Of a stretch of DNA of 64,000 bases, positions 11,128 to 22,878 are shown in pieces. The notes under the pieces were generated by a model. That model was not told the origin of the DNA, did not search any database, and saw only the letters and a program-made list of their open reading frames with translations. The position numbers and the translations under genes are program-made. Source of the stretch: Macrostomum hystrix. Taxonomy: Eukaryota > Animalia > Platyhelminthes. The stretch spans positions 12,958,001 to 13,022,000 of the forward strand of contig CATNEN010000003.1 in assembly GCA_950097015.1 (NCBI GenBank), given 5' to 3'. How positions within the stretch are numbered: the stretch's first letter is position 1; each line of letters begins with the position of its first letter.

Positions 11128-14100
11128 ATGCAACCGTCAGCTAGTGAAAAGCAGGCCCAGCGTGTGGAGCAGGAGCTGCTAGATCAGATTATTCGCTTCT
11201 TTAAACTATTCGGCCTTGTTGCCGGAGTCTGGTTAATTGGCTACCTGGGCTTCAGTGTCACCTGGTTACTGGTGGCTGTACTAGCCTATGTCATCACTAG
11301 TCACATTAAGGCCCAGCGCAAGGCGCGAACCAAGGCTTGTCAAGCCGTTGCTAGGTCTAAATTCTTTGTATAATTCTAATTTGATTGCTGCGATTCTGGG
11401 ATCCTTAGATTTAGGACAGATCCTCATATTGAAAACATTTTCTCTCTTTGATACGCATCGCGATCATTTTGGGAGTTTTATTCCCAAATCCTCATTGAAG
11501 ATCCTCATATTAGAAATTTTTTATGCTCAGATCCGTAATGTCTTCCCAGATCCTCATATTAGGTATTTACTTCCACAAATTCTACGAGTAAATCCTCATT
11601 GTCGGATATTTTCTTCATCCTTATAAAGGGATTTTTCTTCGCATTACGGCATGGCACCGCCTAGGCATGCTATCCACCAGCTTCTTGCACATTTTCTGGC
11701 GAGATGGCAGCCCACGAGTGCTCAATGATACGGTACAGCTGGTCAGTGGAAGCTGGCTGCTGCCTCTGGATGTCCCGCTCAACCCAGTTCCATAGATTCT
11801 CAATCGGGTTGAGGTCTGGTGAGTGCGCTGGCCAGTCCATGGTGCGTATGTTGTTCTCAGCAAGCCATGCCTACACAACCTTGAAGGTGTCCTTGGGATC
11901 GTTGTCCTGCTGAAACTGCCAGCTGTTCACTGCACTCAGTGGCCGTGCATCTACTGCCTCTGGTAGGTGGCTGCTGAGGATGTCACGGTACTGCTGACTA
12001 TCCATGATGCCCTCAATGCGAGTTATTGGCCCAGGTCCAGCTCTGGAGAACGCAGCCCACACCCCACCCACCCCACAGCCCACACTGCCGCCTCCATGCT
12101 TCACGGTACCAATGGTGCACCTGGGATCGAATTCCTCGGCAGCGCACATACCGGCGGCCATCAGAACCGGTGCGGAAAACTTGCTCCCGTCTTTTGACTT
12201 ACTTGACTTATCTGCAGGGCGGTCCGACGGACGCAGCGGGGAGGCGGGAGTCGCCCATTCCGCTAATCCCTGAAAGACCCGCAATCGGCCGATGGCGCGG
12301 GGCCAGTCAGGGAGGTCCGTGTTCGGTCCTTCCTGCAGCTTGTTCCTCGCTGGGGAAGAAAGAGGCTCGTCTGGTAGCCCTTAGGAACCGGACGAGCCGC
12401 GGGATGTTCTCGGATCTGCAAACATCGTCCATTGATGGGTTTGGTCCGAGGTGATTGAGCCTCTCTCTGGTGAAGAAAGGGCAGTGGCAGACGAAGTGCA
12501 GGGCATCCTCGTCCTCAAGGTTGCAGAAAGGGCACAGCTCACTCCGGAGGTCTCCACGGAGGAAACAGTGTCTGGCGTAGCAGCCATGGCCCGTGAGGGT
12601 CATGGTGAGGGCCCGGATGTCCTTCCGGGTCTGGTTCAGAAGGACCTTCCGGAGCCGAGCGGATGGCACTGGAACTGCCGCTTTGGATTGGCGGCAGTTA
12701 GTGGTGCTTCTCCACCGGGTAAGATGGAGGTTGGCGGTCCAATCATTAATCTGACGATAAATGACGGTGCTCGGAATCGGAGCCGGGGGGGAGGGGCCCG
12801 GCGCAGAGCTGGCTCCTCCCTGCTTGGCCAGGTGGTCAGCAAGCTCGTTACCAGGAAAACCGGCGTGCCCTGGTATCCACTGAAGTCTGACGGTATTCTT
12901 ACCGGCCAGGTTATTGAGCTGCCGGACACAGTCGGAGACTGTCCGGGAGGTTGTGGTGGTGTGACAGAGGGCTTGCAGAGCAGCCTGACTGTCCGAGTGA
13001 AAGATGATAGTCCTGCCTGAGATGTTTTTCTCATTCAACTCCGCAGCGCAGGAGCTGATGGCCAGGACCTCGTTCTGGAAAACGCTCGAGGATTTTCCAG
13101 TGTGTTGGGCGTGTGTGGCGACAACACGTCCGTTGATAAGGATACAGACCCCGAAGCCAGCGGAGCCATCCTTCATGGATCCGTCCGTGTAGCAGTGGAC
13201 CTCCTGGGTGTTCCAGTGGTCGCTAACTTGGTCCCTGGTGGGGATGAGAACCTTAAAGCGCTGAAGGAGGTTGAGCGAGCACGGTTCACCGTCCGTAAGG
13301 ACATTGATTCCGTTGCTCGCACCCAAGTCTCTCAGGCAAAGGTCCGTGTGCGGCAGGAGCTTTCGCTTCGCTGCCGCTCGTTGGGGGACGAAGCGCACAC
13401 CGGCATCAAGGAGACGCCGGGCGGTTTTTGCCGCCTCCCCGCGGATAAAGATATCGAGCGGGAGGATGTTCAAGAAGGCGTTGAGGCCATCGAAGGGGGC
13501 GGATGGCGGGGCGCTCATGATCGTCCGACATGCGCGACCTTGCACTCTCCGAAGAGTCTCATGGCAGGTCTTAAGCTGAAGGGCACTAGCCCAGATCAGT
13601 CCGGCGTACGAGACAGCCGGCCTGACCATAGCAGTGTAGATCCACCATAGGCGTTTGGGGGTGAGACCCCACGTGTTGCCCACCGCCCTGCGCAGCTGCG
13701 CCAGGATCGCAAAGGCCTTTTTGGCTTTGGCATGGACATGAGGAGTCCAGCTGAGCCTGTGATCGAGCGTTATGCCCAGGCATTTAGTTTGCTTCTGGAA
13801 GGTGATGTCCTTTCCATACAGCTGCAGGGGGCGAATATGCCATTTGTTTTTGCTGGTGAACATGATCGCCGCTGTCTTAGACTCGGAGAGCTTCAGACCG
13901 CAGCGAGTTGCCCATCTTTCGGCGTTGTTGATAAAGTTTTGCAGAAGGTCTCGGAGGGCCTCTGGTACCGGGCCAGATGCCACTGCCGTAACATCATCCG
14001 CATAGCCGACCTTTAGGATGGGGTCTGGCTGAGAGTCTCGTAAGAGCTCGTCGATAACCATGTTCCAGAGAACTGGTGAGAGGACGCCGCCTTGTGGGCA

Positions 14101-17100
14101 ACCTTTGCAGACAGTGACCGTCCGCTGGTGTCCAAGAAGGTGTGCCGTAGCAGTGCGGTGGCGGACCATGTACATGATCCACCTCCTAAGATGCGAATGC
14201 GTGTGCCGCATACGTAGGGCCCTGTCAAACGCCTCGAAGAGAACGTTGTCGAAGGCCCCGTCAATATCCAGGAAGATGCTCAGGGCAAAGCCGTTCCCGA
14301 GGACGGCCTTTTCCAGAGCGTCCACCAGAGCGTGGAGAGCGCTTTCGGTGGAACGTCCCGACCGAAAGGCGTGTTGATTGCCGCTTAGTGGCATATTTTT
14401 CAGCTCCACAGAGAGGAGGCGCCAGAGCACCAATCTCTCCATCAGTTTGACCATGGTGGAGGTAAGGCTAATTGGCCGAAACGATTTAATGGAATGGTAG
14501 TCCGGGCGGCCTGGCTTGGGGATAAAAACCACCCTCGCCTCGGTCCATGCCTTCGGAACATACCCAAGCACAATGCAGGCCTTAAGGAGCTTGCAAAGAT
14601 TAGTGAGGAAGCCATGGCATTTTACCGCCTCGCGGATGAAGGCTGGTATAATGCCGTCCGGCCCCGGGGATTTGAAGGGTTTGAAAGACTGGGCTGCCTT
14701 GGTAACCCGGTCTTCAGTAATGATGGACGTCGCAAGGATATGACCTCCCTCGGTGTGATCCGGGGGGTCTGTCCCTGCTGGCACGCTGGGGAAAAAGGCT
14801 GTGAGCATAGTGTCGAGCGTTTCCCCAGGGTTCTCGGTGGGTCGGCCATCGGCCTTCCTCACCGTCGAAAGCTTGGACATGCTCCCGTGGACTTGCTCCC
14901 GTCACTCCAGATGACCTTGGTCCAGTCTCCTGGTGTCCAGCTGGCATGCTGCTTTGCCGACACAAGCGACACTTCCGGTTTTTGTCGGAGATGAATGGCT
15001 TCTTCCTAGCGATGCGGCCATGCAGTCCAGCAGCTACCAGGCGGCGGCGGACAGTCATGGGGTGCAGCTGGACATTGCAGGATACGAGCAGTTCACGGCT
15101 GATGTCCACAGCAGTGAGCCGACGGTTGGACTCAGACATTCGTCGATCCAGTCGGCGGTCAGTTTTCGGAGCCCTGCCAGGTCTTGGGGTATAGCCTGTG
15201 CTGCCAGTGCTGCTGAGGCGCCTGCATGAGTGCTTGCTGGATGCAAGTTTTCGACTTTCGCAGCTGCGTGGCCATGGCACGCTGAGAATCTCCTTGGTCA
15301 AACAGGGTCTTGATTTTCCTACAATACTCAGGCGACAGAGCTCTGCCTTTACCCATTCTAGGAATTTCAATATAATTTTTGCTTGGAGTATTGAATTTGA
15401 TGCTTTGGACTTGGAGAATCAGCAGGGCCACTTGTATAGCACATTTTAGCCGAAATAATGAAGTGGTCTTATTACTCTGTGACTTTTGAAATTCTAAAGG
15501 GAGATAAGGGACTCCAATTAAACATACTGAATAGCGACTAATTACCCAAGACATCATTAATTTAATTGTTCGATGCCATCGTTATTGATAACTGTTTAGA
15601 TTAGGATGCTTCCCCAATATGTGCAGGTTATGAAATAAAAAGTTAACTTTTTGTTAGGTGGTCTTAATTCATTGTGCGCCACTGTACATATCCTCTTCTT
15701 AAAGCTTGAGTTTCTTATAACACCTTTCAATCTTATACAATAGGCCCCTATATAATTATGTTTTTTCTTGTAGAGACGAGCGTCAATACCTGGCCAATCT
15801 AGATAGCCTGCCATCATGGGTGTTCTTTCCCGATGTTGAGCGAGCCGAATGGCTGAACTCTATCATCAAACAGGCCTGGCCGTTTGTGAAAGACTACGCT
15901 GTAGCTTTAATTAATAATCAAATCTTGCCTGGCGTTAAAGACAATCTGCCGGATATGATGAAAAGTTTTCGATTCTCCAGACTAGATTTGGGAGATATCG
16001 CTCCACGCATTGGAGGTATCAAGGTGAGCTTAAAAATGTGATACATTCAAGTAAGAAAATCTCAAAGATTTGGTTCCACGTCTCACATTTAGGAATTCTG
16101 TAAGATTCCATATTACTTGTCGCTCGATATTAGAAAGTTGTAACTAGCAAGTTTTGCCCCCCTTCGGGGAGCACTACTGGTCAGACAAAAAAATCTTGTG
16201 CAATGCAGAAGGATAAAAAACCTGAAAGCAAACAAAAACGTAAACTCATTTCGTCAGTAATAATTTCCCTGATTGCGAATATACGTTATTGCGAGTCATC
16301 GAGAATTAGAATTCTCACTAAATACAAAAATAGTCAGGCTGAGCTTGAATACATTCTGAGACATCCGGTCAGTACACCAAGAGCCCCATTGGGGCAAAAA
16401 TAACCCAAGTAACTTACGTTTGATACAAATCAGCTTAATGCTACTGAGGTACATGTGAATACTATCCCCTCAGCAATAAAAAACGAATGTCCCCCCCAGC
16501 AGCAGAGAACTAATTTCCCCCCTGCAGCAGAGAACTAATTCCCCCCAGCAGCAGAGAACTCATCCCCCCCAGCAGTAGAGAACTAATTCCCCACAGCAGC
16601 AGAGAACTAATTCTCCCCAGCAGCAGAGAGCTAATTCCCCGCCGCCCGTTTTGCCGCCCGTTGTTATACCAAGGGAGGATTTGCCACTCCCTCTAAATTT
16701 TTTTGGCAACACCCGAATGCTAACAGTGTTGGGTGGTGACTGATTGGTTGACAGACTAGGCAAGGGTGTCCTGCGGTTGAGCTGCGCCTAATATTTTGGT
16801 TTGATCAGTGAAATTGGCAAAATTCGCGTCAGGGTGTCCATAGTGGCCTAGTTCCACCTTTTGTAGCCATTGAAGGTCCAGCAGTCCGTTTAGATAAAGG
16901 TAGGTGACCACCGAAGACGGAGATGATGCAGGCACATTCGGCTGACTTGCTGATGAAATTTGAAGGCCTGGCAAGGCCGCACTGAGGCGCAGTGCTAATT
17001 CGTGTTTAGGGATGTATGAAATACTCTAGCGTTTAAGGGAAAATTCTCACCTTCGGCCAGAACCATTGAATATCTCGACGGTCTGAAGAGCTGGTGACTT

Positions 17101-20100
17101 GATTATTTTTTCAGATGATTATTCTTTTGTTTTATGTGCTTGCTCTGCTCCGCTCGGGTGCAACAAAAACACACCCCCTTGGTAGTTCTACTGTTATGTG
17201 GTCATCCACTGATCAGCAATCGTATTTTTAATCTCCCTTAGATATCCCAAAAATGTTTAAGTAATCCCAATTTTCCCCCCTCGCTATCTTCATTAACCAG
17301 GTGTACACAGGCGACAGCATTCGCCGCTCCGAGATAGTGATTGACGTTGATTTAATCTACTACGGCGACGCCAACATTGAATTGAAATGGAGCGGCGTCA
17401 AAGCCGGCATTAAGAGCGTCGAACTGCGCGGCACTGTTCGCGTTGTGATCTCGCCGCTAATTCCTAGAATACCCATCGCCGCCTGCGTCTCCGTCACCTT
17501 TCTATCCGTGCCCTATTTGAACTTTGATCTAACCAATTTGGGCAACGTGTTAGACTTGCCCGGATTGCGTCAGATCCTAGTGAAAGTGGTCACCGATCAG
17601 ATTAGTGCGCTAATTGTTGTACCGAAACGACTGGTGATACCGTTAGTTAGCGATCTGGATTTGAGCACTATGCGATGGCCGCTTCCGCAGGGTGTTCTGC
17701 GATTTGAGGCCAGTTCTACTTACTGTCTTTTTTACTGTATCGCTTTTTACATTTTTTATAGTGGAGTACATAATTGTTAACTCCTACTAAAAGCAGGACA
17801 GATAACAGGGGGGTGAGTCGCAGAGCGTTCTAACGCGTTTTCCTCTCGTACCAATGTCCTTGAGCTCGATTCTGCGGCGAGGCAACGAGGCGTGGTCTAT
17901 AATAATTTAATAATTTAATAATAATTGCTGGAGGGCTGCGGGCGCATCATTTGGTGACACTAGACCCGCAGCCAGCAAGGAGGCAATTCGGCCTATTTCG
18001 CTGACTCCTGAGCACACACTCACACAGGTGTGTACATCTGTCCTGTGCCTTGGAATAAATTGCAAGACAAGCCTACAAGCGTTCTCACCGCGGCTGTGCC
18101 TTAATTTAATGGGGCCTCGTCTCGTCGCTGTGCCACTCACCCCCTGGCTGAGGGGTCTACTATCACCAATTAATCTATAATGTTCCAGAGCCCGCAGGTT
18201 AATAAAATAATAATAATCAACTCTTAGCCAATACACACAATGTCCTTCAGGTGGTTGAGGCTCGCGACCTGAAGCGCAGTGACGTTGCCCTATTTAGCTC
18301 GGGCAAATCGGATCCATACGCCGTTGTGTCTGTTGGATCGAAAAAATTTACCACCAAAGTGATCGCCAATTCTTTGAATCCAATTTGGAATGCCACGTTT
18401 GAAGCTGCTGTTGATGTACAGCAAGGCCAGTTGATGGAGATTGAACTGTTTGACGAAGATCCCGGCTCTAAAGATGATCCACTGGGCTCGGCTAAAGTTG
18501 ATCTCGGAAGCGTTGCCAGCGAGGGCCTATTGGATACTTGGCTGCGCTTGGAGGATGTGGATACGGGATCTGTTAGGCTGAGACTGCTCTGGGCCAATCT
18601 GCTTGATGCGGCCGTGTTCCAGGTAAGTATTGTTTTGCTTTTTTGTACGTTTTTAGTTAGTACGTATGAGTACTAAGTGTTGTAACGTTTCTAGTTTGTT
18701 CCTATGCAGGTTTTTAGAGCTTAAAGATTTGTAGAGGTGCTAGCTTTGTACAGGAATGGGTATTGTGTAAGGATTGTAGCTTTGTACAGGTACTAGCTTT
18801 GTACAGGTACTAGCTTTGTACAGGTACTAGCTTTGTACAGGTACTAGCTTTGTTCAGGTACTAGCTTTGTTCAGGTACTAGCTTTGTACAGGTACTAGCT
18901 TTGTACAGGAATGGGTATTGTGTAAGGATTGTAGTTTTGTACAGGTACTAGCTTTGTTCAGGTACTAGCTTTGTACAGGTACTAGCTTTGTTCAGGTACT
19001 AGCTTTGTACAGGTACTAGCTTTGTACAGGTACTAGCTTTGTTCAGGTACTAGCTTTGTACAGGTACTAGCTTTGTTCAGGCACTAGCTTTGTACAGGTA
19101 CTAGCTTTGTACAGGTACTAGCTTTGTTCAGGTACTAGCTTTGTACAGGTACTAGCTTTGTACAGGTACTAGCTTTTTTATAGCTTGCATTAGTTTTAAT
19201 AAGTATTTTTAGTATTTTAGATTTAGTACACATAAGTACAGATACAGTTTTTTTCACAGGTAATAATTATTGAATTGTCGCTAATTCAATCATATATACT
19301 GTACTTTTGTTTAAACCGTACCCTATACCCGTACTACTAGCCAAATTGTATAGGAATCTGCGTGGTTTAATGCTTTTTAGTACTTAATTTTTTTAATTCA
19401 TCTAAATTTTTCAGAGGATTTTTTTACTGATTTGTCTGGTTTGCACAGATTTGTCTTTTAATATATACATTCTAGATTTATCTACAATTTTATTTCAGTC
19501 TCCAAGCAAGAGAGTAGGCGGCAGTGGAGCCTACAGCCGCGCCTTCTTGTACGTCGGCGTGGACAGTTGCCGCTCTTTGCCGACAGTGAAGGGCGGCCAA
19601 GAGCCTTCTGCTCTGGTGTGTTAACTTTTGCTTCAATATAGACTTACAGCCCTCCGCAGCTCAAATGTACATTCACTTTCTTAACCTCCTCACTCACCCT
19701 CTGCCCCCATGTACATGCGCTCTGGACCAACCCCCTTTTTCACCCTCTACCCTCAATGTACACTCGTTCTTGACCAACCCCTTTTTTACTCTCTACCCCC
19801 AATGTACACTCGCTCTCAACCAATCCCTTCACTCAAACGTACATTCACTCTCGACTAACCCTCACCCGGTGCTATTAATAAAGTCGGTTTTGACCGACTA
19901 CCCCACAAACGGTCCAAGTGTACGGGCCGTACATTGAATCACAACCAAAATCTAATAAATTTCCCCAGGTGGAGGTCTGCATCGTTGGCGGCGGCGGCGG
20001 CGGCGGTGGGAGCAGCGGCGGCGGCGAACCTCAGCGCACAGCCATTGTAGAGGAGTCGCCGAATCCCATCTTCGAATCGCCTTTTCATTTCTTTGTCTCC

Positions 20101-21344
20101 GAGCCGTCGATTGAAAGCGTCCAGTTGACTGTCCTGCACAGGGGGCAGCAGCGACTGGGTCAGCTGCAGATTCCGCTGCGCTATCTGCTCAAGGAGACTG
20201 GAATGCAGCTCACCCGAGCTTGGGATCTGGATACGGGCAGCGGCGCCCGCTCCCAGGTCAACTATGATAATGAATGTGGTGATTCTCCCTATTCCCTAAT
20301 CCTCAGTGTTAGATAATGGGGAAGATTCTCCCTAATCCTTAATCGCCACTGTTAGATAATGAAAAGATTCTCCCTAATTCCTAATCTCCACTGTTAGATA
20401 ATGGGAAGATTCTCCCTAATTTCTAATCTCCACTGATAGATAATGAGAAGATTCTCCCTAATCCCAAATCCCCACTCTTAGATGATGGGAAGATTCTCCC
20501 TAATTCCTTATCTCCACTGTTGGATAGTTGGAAGATTCTCCTTAATACCCAATCCCCACTGTTAGATTGGTGTAATTTCTCATCCAATTCTCCCATCGAA
20601 TTCCATACGCAGATCATTCTAAACCTGGCTCTGCGCGCGATTGTCGAAGGCAAAGCCCAGGCCCCAGCCGAGGTTCCTGTTCAACCAAAGGAGCCGGCAG
20701 TTGTGGAAGAGCCTCCAGTGATCAGCTCAAAGGCTGCCGCTACATCTGCGGCTGCTCCAGCGGCATCGTCTGTGCCATCAGATGCGCCTGCCTTAGCTAC
20801 TCAGGACAGTCCCATTGGTGTGAGACAGAGAAAGACTATCGCATCGGCCAACAATAGTGAACTGCAGCAACAGTCGGTGTCTTCTATGTCGGCAGCTTCA
20901 ACAATGTCACCCGGCGCTGTTGGTCGGGTGCAGGTGACACTGCGCTATAGTCAGACTCGCCAGTGCCTGGTGATTGTGTGCCATCGCGCCGAATTGAATC
21001 AGCCAACTGACAATGAGTCAATTGGCGATGTCTATGCTAAGCTGTACATCGAATCTAGCAATGGGAAAATTGTGTCTAAAAAGCAGAAGACAAAAACTAT
21101 GAAATCTACTAGGCAGCCAGTCTACGATGAGTCGTTTGAGTTTGCACTGGACGAATCGGAATTGTCTAACAGCTCACTGTGGCTACTGATACAGAGGCCG
21201 TCTCCAAGCAAGCTAATTGTTAGTAGGAGCAGTCGCAATGTAATTGGCGCCGTAAAGATTTCGTTAATGGATTTTTTGCAAAAGCAGAATGCCACAATTT
21301 GGTACGATTTGGGGCCGTATTCTGCGGCTAGTGCTGACTATTAA
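11128..21344 (+). CDS. ESYT: Extended synaptotagmin (TM hairpin, SMP domain, C2A-C2B-C2C), ~797 aa
   Basis: Exons 11128-11354, 15774-16023, 17301-17708, 18251-18622, 19499-19615, 19969-20256 and 20613-21344 join in frame. Motifs: LPSWVFFPDVERAEWLN, DLGDIAPRIGGIKV, PQGVLRFE|VVEARDL, GKSDPYAVV, GRVQVTLRYS, PVYDESFEF. Confidence 0.93.
12192..14890 (-). mobile_element. 5'-truncated non-LTR retrotransposon (I-group, LOA-like) with RT, RNase H and C-terminal CCHC
   Basis: 13-bp TSD ACTTGCTCCCGTC at 12179-12191 and 14891-14903; short TAAGTCAAG-repeat tail. Confidence 0.92.
12307..14880 (-). CDS. LINE ORF2 remnant: reverse transcriptase + RNase H (endonuclease lost), 857 aa uninterrupted
   Basis: KSPGPDG, FRPISLTS, GCPQGGVLSP, GYADD; RNase H YTDGS..E..SDSQAAL..WIPGHAGFPGNELAD; CPFC..H..C knuckle. 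Confidence 0.92.
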   Translation of the reverse strand: MSKLSTVRKADGRPTENPGETLDTMLTAFFPSVPAGTDPPDHTEGGHILATSIITEDRVTKAAQSFKPFKSPGPDGIIPAFIREAVKCHGFLTNLCKLLKACIVLGYVPKAWTEARVVFIPKPGRPDYHSIKSFRPISLTSTMVKLMERLVLWRLLSVELKNMPLSGNQHAFRSGRSTESALHALVDALEKAVLGNGFALSIFLDIDGAFDNVLFEAFDRALRMRHTHSHLRRWIMYMVRHRTATAHLLGHQRTVTVCKGCPQGGVLSPVLWNMVIDELLRDSQPDPILKVGYADDVTAVASGPVPEALRDLLQNFINNAERWATRCGLKLSESKTAAIMFTSKNKWHIRPLQLYGKDITFQKQTKCLGITLDHRLSWTPHVHAKAKKAFAILAQLRRAVGNTWGLTPKRLWWIYTAMVRPAVSYAGLIWASALQLKTCHETLRRVQGRACRTIMSAPPSAPFDGLNAFLNILPLDIFIRGEAAKTARRLLDAGVRFVPQRAAAKRKLLPHTDLCLRDLGASNGINVLTDGEPCSLNLLQRFKVLIPTRDQVSDHWNTQEVHCYTDGSMKDGSAGFGVCILINGRVVATHAQHTGKSSSVFQNEVLAISSCAAELNEKNISGRTIIFHSDSQAALQALCHTTTTSRTVSDCVRQLNNLAGKNTVRLQWIPGHAGFPGNELADHLAKQGGASSAPGPSPPAPIPSTVIYRQINDWTANLHLTRWRSTTNCRQSKAAVPVPSARLRKVLLNQTRKDIRALTMTLTGHGCYARHCFLRGDLRSELCPFCNLEDEDALHFVCHCPFFTRERLNHLGPNPSMDDVCRSENIPRLVRFLRATRRASFFPSEEQAAGRTEHGPP
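16485..16640. repeat. ~24-bp tandem repeat (CCCCCAGCAGCAGAGAACTAATT), ~6 copies
   Basis: Direct imperfect tandem copies in ESYT intron 2. Confidence 0.8.
17808..18110. mobile_element. Two SINE family B fragments (+ strand head ~17808-17890; - strand 3' part ~17910-18110)
   Basis: Head matches GGGGGTCGGTGGCGGAGCGG..GAGCTCGATTC; tail matches 36904-37040 and 49225-49340. Confidence 0.7.
18740..19178. repeat. 17-bp minisatellite (GTACAGGTACTAGCTTT)n
   Basis: Tandem copies in ESYT intron 4. Confidence 0.93.
20270..20570. repeat. ~42-bp tandem repeat (GATAATGGGAAGATTCTCCCTAATCC..CCACTGTTA), ~7 copies
   Basis: Fills ESYT intron 6. Confidence 0.88.
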
Positions 21345-21447
21345 TTAATGACCTTGACTTATTTAACCTAATCCAATGAGACTAAAACCTGATGTAAGAG
21401 GCCAATGAAAATGTGCTCAATAGTGACGTCATAGTTAAACCCAATTA

Positions 21448-22186
21448 TCCCTATGATCTATTAATCCTATGATCTAGTATCCCTATGATCTATGGCTGTG
21501 ATCTATAATCCCAATCTAGTATCCCTATGATCTAGTATCCCTATGATCTATGGCTGTGATCCATAATCCCAATCTAGTATCCCTATGATCTAGTATCCCT
21601 ATGATCTATGGCTGTGATCTATAATCCCAATCTAGTATCCCTATGATCTAGTATCCCTATGATCTAGTATCCAAATGATCTAGTATCCAAATGATCTAGT
21701 ATCCATATGATCTATGGCTGTGATCTATAATCCCAATCTAGTATCCCTATGATCTAGTATCCCTATGATCTAGTATCCAAATGATCTAGTATCCATATGA
21801 TCTAGTATCCATATGATCTACTAGTATCCATATGATCTAGTATCCATATGATCTAGTATCCATATGATCTAGTATCCATATGATCTAGTATCCATATGAT
21901 CTAGTATCCATATGATCTAGTATCCCTATGATCCAGTATCCCTATGATCTAGTATCCATATGATCTAGTATCCCTATGATCTAGTATCCCTATGATCTAG
22001 TATCCATATGATCTAGTATCCCTATGATCTAGTATCCCTATGATCTAGTATCCCTATGATCTAGTATCCCTATGATCTAGTATCCATATGATCTAGTATC
22101 CATATGATCTAGTATCCATATGATCTAGTATCCATATGATCTAGTATCCATATCATCTAGTATCACTATGACCTAGTATCCCTATG
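21448..22186. repeat. 16-bp minisatellite (GATCTAGTATCCMTAT)n
   Basis: Tandem copies just after the ESYT stop codon, probably in the 3' UTR. Confidence 0.93.
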
Positions 22187-22699
22187 AGATACTATTATAA
22201 TATTATCTACTAGATCATAGGGATCATAGCTCGTGCCAGATCTAGTTCCAGATCAAAATGTTTATCTGCAGATTACTCCACTGTCGCTGTTTAAAGAAAA
22301 ATTTCAATCAACTATTGCTATGAAAAATTAATTTATTAAAATCTCTATATAGTAGTTCTTACATACAGCTGTGTCTGTATTCGTTTATTGGCTAAATCTT
22401 TTTTAACAGCTTTTTCTTTTACATCTCTTTATTTTGGATTTTAAGAATCTTTTATCGGCTTGTGAAACTTATTGCGAATGAATATTTTTATTTCCTTTTT
22501 TATTCTTTTTATACTCTTTATACAAATTTATTTAACAAAGGTCTGTTATGCTTTAGTTCGACTTTTTATATTGCTAAGAAATAATGCACTTTATCGGGAT
22601 TAGTGGAAAAAGAGGAACTGTTAAATCTCGATTGGGATTACTAAGTAAATAAAAATTATATTCGCAAGTAAGCAGCTCTATATAGAGGGCAAGTGGCAG

Positions 22700-22878
22700 C
22701 ACCGAGGTCCTGAGCTCGATTCCGCGGCAAGTCTAGATTTATTCAAGGCCGCAGCATTGTAGGGGCTTGTCGTGCAATTTACGCCCTTGAGGGCCAACCA
22801 GCAAGGCACAGTGAGTGTACACTGCCTGAGGATGATAAAGTCAGGGGGGCAGATGTACACACCTGTGTGAGTGCTCAA
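22700..22878 (+). mobile_element. SINE family B, partial
   Basis: GAGCTCGATTCCGCGGC..GTGCAATTTACGCCCTTGAGGGCCAAC..GGCACAGTGAGTGTACACTGCCTG shared with other copies. Confidence 0.78.

Larger units (their letters stand above)
11625..15684 (-). mobile_element. Decayed Tc1/mariner transposon in ESYT intron 1, interrupted by a LINE, 3' end missing
   Basis: Transposase from ATG 15356 (MGKGRALS..., GRAPKTD, TVRRRL, ARKKPFIS, WSD, TVKHGGGSV, FQQDNDPK, WPAHSPDLNPIENLW) with frameshifts and stops. 5' end TA|CAGTGGCGCACAATGAATTAAGACC at 15684, with an inner direct repeat near 15461-15482. Confidence 0.9.

Noticed and set aside
12451-14994. Plus-strand ORFs overlapping the LINE (and similar ones over the Helitron repeat)
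   Set aside because: Antisense shadows of GC-rich coding sequence with no recognisable motifs.
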